This document shows positions 61,962-64,000 of a stretch of DNA of 64,000 nucleotides, piece by piece. The first letter of the stretch is position 1. Every line of letters begins with the position of its first letter. The notes below the pieces were generated by a model. That model was not told where the DNA came from and did not search any database. It saw nothing but the letters and a program-made list of their open reading frames with translations. The DNA is from an uncultured Chloroflexia bacterium (GTDB lineage: Bacteria; Chloroflexota; Limnocylindria; Limnocylindrales; CSP1-4). The stretch is taken from the NCBI GenBank assembly GCA_963789865.1, contig CAWBMD010000002.1, positions 322,543 to 386,542 on the forward strand, in the 5' to 3' direction. A program made the translations under genes and the position numbers.

Positions 61962-62217
61962 GAGGCGCTCACCGCGATCGTCGATCCCGGGGCCCTCGCG
62001 GCGATCCGGCGTTGCCGCATCCCGCACCTCCGCTGTGATCCGGACGCCCGGTCCGCATCGTACGTCCCAGCGCGACCCGCCCCCGTCCCCGCCACTCGGT
62101 GCACTCCGCGACGGGCTGGGTTGTGCCCGCAGCGACAACTGGACCTTGCCGAGGTCCACCTCCCAATCGGCAGTTGAGGAGACCGCCTGTCTCGTCTAAG
62201 ATGACCCAGCCTCCCGA

Positions 62218-62290
62218 GCGGGAGTAACTCAGTTGGCAGAGTGTCAGCTTCCCAAGCTGAATGTCGCGGGTTCGAACCCCGTCTCCCGCT
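62218..62290 (+). tRNA. tRNA-Gly (anticodon CCC); genomically encoded CCA follows at 62291-62293
   Basis: Manual cloverleaf. Acceptor gcgggag/ctcccgc. D arm actc-agttggcag-agt. Anticodon stem tcagc/gctga with loop ttCCCaa. T arm gcggg-ttcgaac-cccgt. Confidence 0.9.
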
Positions 62291-62324
62291 CCACCTTCCC
62301 GTCGGATCGACCTCGGTTCACCGC

Positions 62325-62375
62325 GTCTGCCTCTCAAGCTGAACGTCGCGTGTTCGAACCCTGTCGCCCGCCCCA
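62325..62375 (+). pseudogene. decayed duplicate of the 3' half of the tRNA-Gly gene (anticodon stem to CCA)
   Basis: gtctgcctctcaagctgaacgtcgcgtgttcgaaccctgtcgcccgcccca aligns to tRNA positions 62243-62293 with 8 mismatches in 51 nt. There is no matching 5' acceptor or D arm upstream. Confidence 0.7.
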
Positions 62376-62663
62376 CTCCCCCTTCTGAAACCAGGGCGAC
62401 ACCCTGACCGGGTGGCTCCCTGCGGTGCGGGGACCCTGAGCTCGTGCCACAACGCTCCCCGTGCCGATGTCGGCGCGTCGCCAGCCACCCGATGTGTCCG
62501 CGCAAGCCCGTTGTCGTGGTCGCGGAGGCGTGTCGCCACCTCGCCCCGAAGGGGAGTGCTCTCGAGCCCTGACATGGACCATCGAGGCGGCGCGTCGAGC
62601 CACACGACGACGGATCGAGGCTCACGACGCGCACCGGGAGTGGCCATCGCCTGGTCCTCCGCC

Positions 62664-62679
62664 TACAGTACGGCTCGTG
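62664..62679 (+). promoter_or_regulatory. candidate -10 element TACAGT placed 7 nt before the GTG start (leaderless-type)
   Basis: TACAGT at 62664-62669, GTG at 62677, no Shine-Dalgarno sequence. The box is conserved with 43127-43132. Confidence 0.35.
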
Positions 62680-63878
62680 CAGAGATACGAGATCGCTGAG
62701 GCGGCCGAGCGGGCCGGGATCAGCGTCGAGGAGCTGGGCAACCTCGTCGAGCTGGGCATCCTCACGCCGGACGCCGAGGGACGCTTCACAACGGGTGACG
62801 TGCGCCGTGCGGAGCTGGTCGAAAGCCTCGTCGCTGCGGGGATCTCGCTGGACGGCCTGGGCGCCGCCGTGCGCGGCGGGCAGGTCTCGCTCGACTTCCT
62901 CGATGCGCCAGCCTTCGAGCGGTTCTCGGCGTTCGGCGGGTTCACGTTCGCGCAGCTCGCCGAGCGGACCGGGGTGCCTGTCGAGCTCCTGACGCTCATC
63001 CGCGAAGCCACCGGATCCAGCCTGCCACTGCCCGAAGATCGCGTTCGCGACGGCGAGCTGCCCTACGCGGAGTTCATCGAGTTCCAGGTCGCTGCGGGCT
63101 TCGACCCGATCGCCATCCAGCGATTGCTGCGTGCGACGGGCGACAGCCTGCGCCGCCTGGCCGAGTCGGAGTCCGCCTGGTGGAACACCGAGGTGATGTT
63201 GCCGGCCACGAAGGCGGGAGAGCGGCCGGACGTCGTGGCTGGGGCGGACTTCGTCACCCGCATGAACGTCCTTTCGGAGCGGGCCGTCATCGAGATGTAC
63301 CGCCTGGAGCAGACGAGGACCTGGACGGCGAACATCATCGACGGCTTCGAGACGACGCTGGCCGGGGCGGGGTTGCACAGCCGTCTTGACCATCCGCCGG
63401 CCATGTGCTTCCTCGACATCACCGGTTACACACGGCTGACCCAGGAGCGCGGCGACGCGGCGGCGGCCGACGTGGCCGAGCAGCTCGGTCAGGCTGGTGC
63501 AGCGAACGTCGATCAAGTACGGCGGCCGGCCGGTGAAGTGGCTGGGCGACGGGGTGATGTTCTTCTTCCCGAACCCCGGCCCGGGGGTCGTCGCCGCCCT
63601 GGAGATGGTCGGAGGGCGTGGCCGAGGCCGGGCTGCCGCCGGCGCACGTCGGCCTCCACGCGGGCCCGGTGATCTTCCAGGAGGGCGACTACTACGGCCA
63701 GACGGTCAATCTCGCGTCGCGCATCGCCGAGTACGCCCGACCCGGCGAGGTGCTCGTCAGCCAGGCCGTCGTCGACGCCTCGGGCGGCTCGGATGTCGCC
63801 TTCCGCGAGATCGGCCCGGTCGAGCTGAAGGGCGTCGGCGGCGCCGTGCGCCTGCATGTCGCCTCGCGGGCCGGCTGA
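62677..63878 (+). CDS. MerR-like HTH - helical linker - class III nucleotidyl cyclase domain protein, paralog of 43139-44339 (2 frameshifts)
   Basis: Pieces RYEIAEAAERAGISVEELGNLVELGILTPD, MCFLDITGYTRL, KWLGDGVMFFF, GLHAGPVIF and YYGQTVNLASRIA. Confidence 0.75.
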
Positions 63879-63971
63879 GCGGGGCGGACTGCCCGCTGCG
63901 TGACGGTGCCGAGTCCGCCCGCCCACCGACATGGGATGATCGCGAGACCAGTCTTCACCTCGAAGGAGCCG

Positions 63972-64000
63972 ATGGTGACCCTCGACCCGGAGGACCTCCG
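63972..64000 (+). CDS. 5' end of an unidentified gene running off the window
   Basis: AAGGAG, then 5 nt, then ATG at 63972 (MVTLDPEDL...). Confidence 0.3.

Noticed and set aside
62325-62375. A second tRNA gene next to tRNA-Gly
   Set aside because: Only the anticodon-stem-to-CCA half is present. The T stem has a mismatch, and there is no complementary 5' acceptor strand or D arm upstream.
61969-63516. 515-aa minus-strand ORF (and its look-alike at 42812-44062)
   Set aside because: Both are antisense to the two paralogous HTH-cyclase genes, which explains their mutual similarity. The first also reads straight through the tRNA-Gly gene.
1-64000. Searched by eye for rRNA, CRISPR arrays, transposases, integrases, toxin-antitoxin pairs and known defence operons
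   Set aside because: None found. The only mobile-element traces are the truncated ParB-like domain (49929-50281) and the tRNA 3'-half duplicate.

Overview
Very GC-rich (about 70 % by eye) chromosomal segment that looks actinobacterial: an ECF sigma / zf-HC2 anti-sigma pair, DUF2652 proteins, a cyclase-NB-ARC-TPR protein, many GTG starts and leaderless-looking promoters. I can support about 65 protein genes or gene remnants. There is also one tRNA-Gly(CCC) followed by a decayed copy of its own 3' half, three short tandem repeats and a few candidate regulatory sites. I found no rRNA, CRISPR array, transposase or integrase.

Gene content, left to right:
- RlpA-like protein, ECF sigma plus a large anti-sigma, a GalT-like gene, lipB, an aldehyde dehydrogenase and an SQR-like flavoprotein.
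- VOC protein, alpha/beta hydrolase, an S51-like protein with a CysRS-type tail, an HtrA-like protease and a NarL-type response regulator.
- SRPBCC and SnoaL proteins, DUF2652-SRPBCC, an Lpd-like flavoprotein and a 4-gene glycine-betaine-type ABC transporter.
- MFS exporter, cyclase-STAND-TPR, a cNMP-binding histidine kinase with a receiver-flavoprotein partner, a Zn-ribbon cyclase back to back with a second DUF2652, and DUF1684.
- C39-like peptidase, a two-subunit molybdenum hydroxylase, an ArsR/SRPBCC pair, a DMT transporter, an HTH-cyclase and a PadR pair.
- nadB/nadC/nadA, then a less GC-rich IclR-aldolase-FGGY kinase-FIST-ALDH catabolic block flanked by gene fragments.
- panB plus an unrecognised 430-aa protein, an RNase-H-like / DUF6569-like pair, an HNH-motif secreted protein, the tRNA, and a second HTH-cyclase paralog.

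Main caveat: roughly half of the genes are readable only by hopping between frames, typically at short G/C runs. Many coordinates are therefore reconstructions, and ends are approximate. All family names come from motif recognition by eye and memory, not from searches.

Most interesting signals:
- the density of cyclic-nucleotide signalling genes;
- a cNMP-binding kinase paired with a receiver-TrxR-like flavoprotein that lacks the CxxC redox centre;
- DUF2652 proteins that align with the cyclase catalytic core and carry a CxCxxC insert;
- the FIST-containing catabolic island;
- the unknown gene downstream of panB;
- the RNase-H-like / DUF6569-like pair near a tRNA scar.
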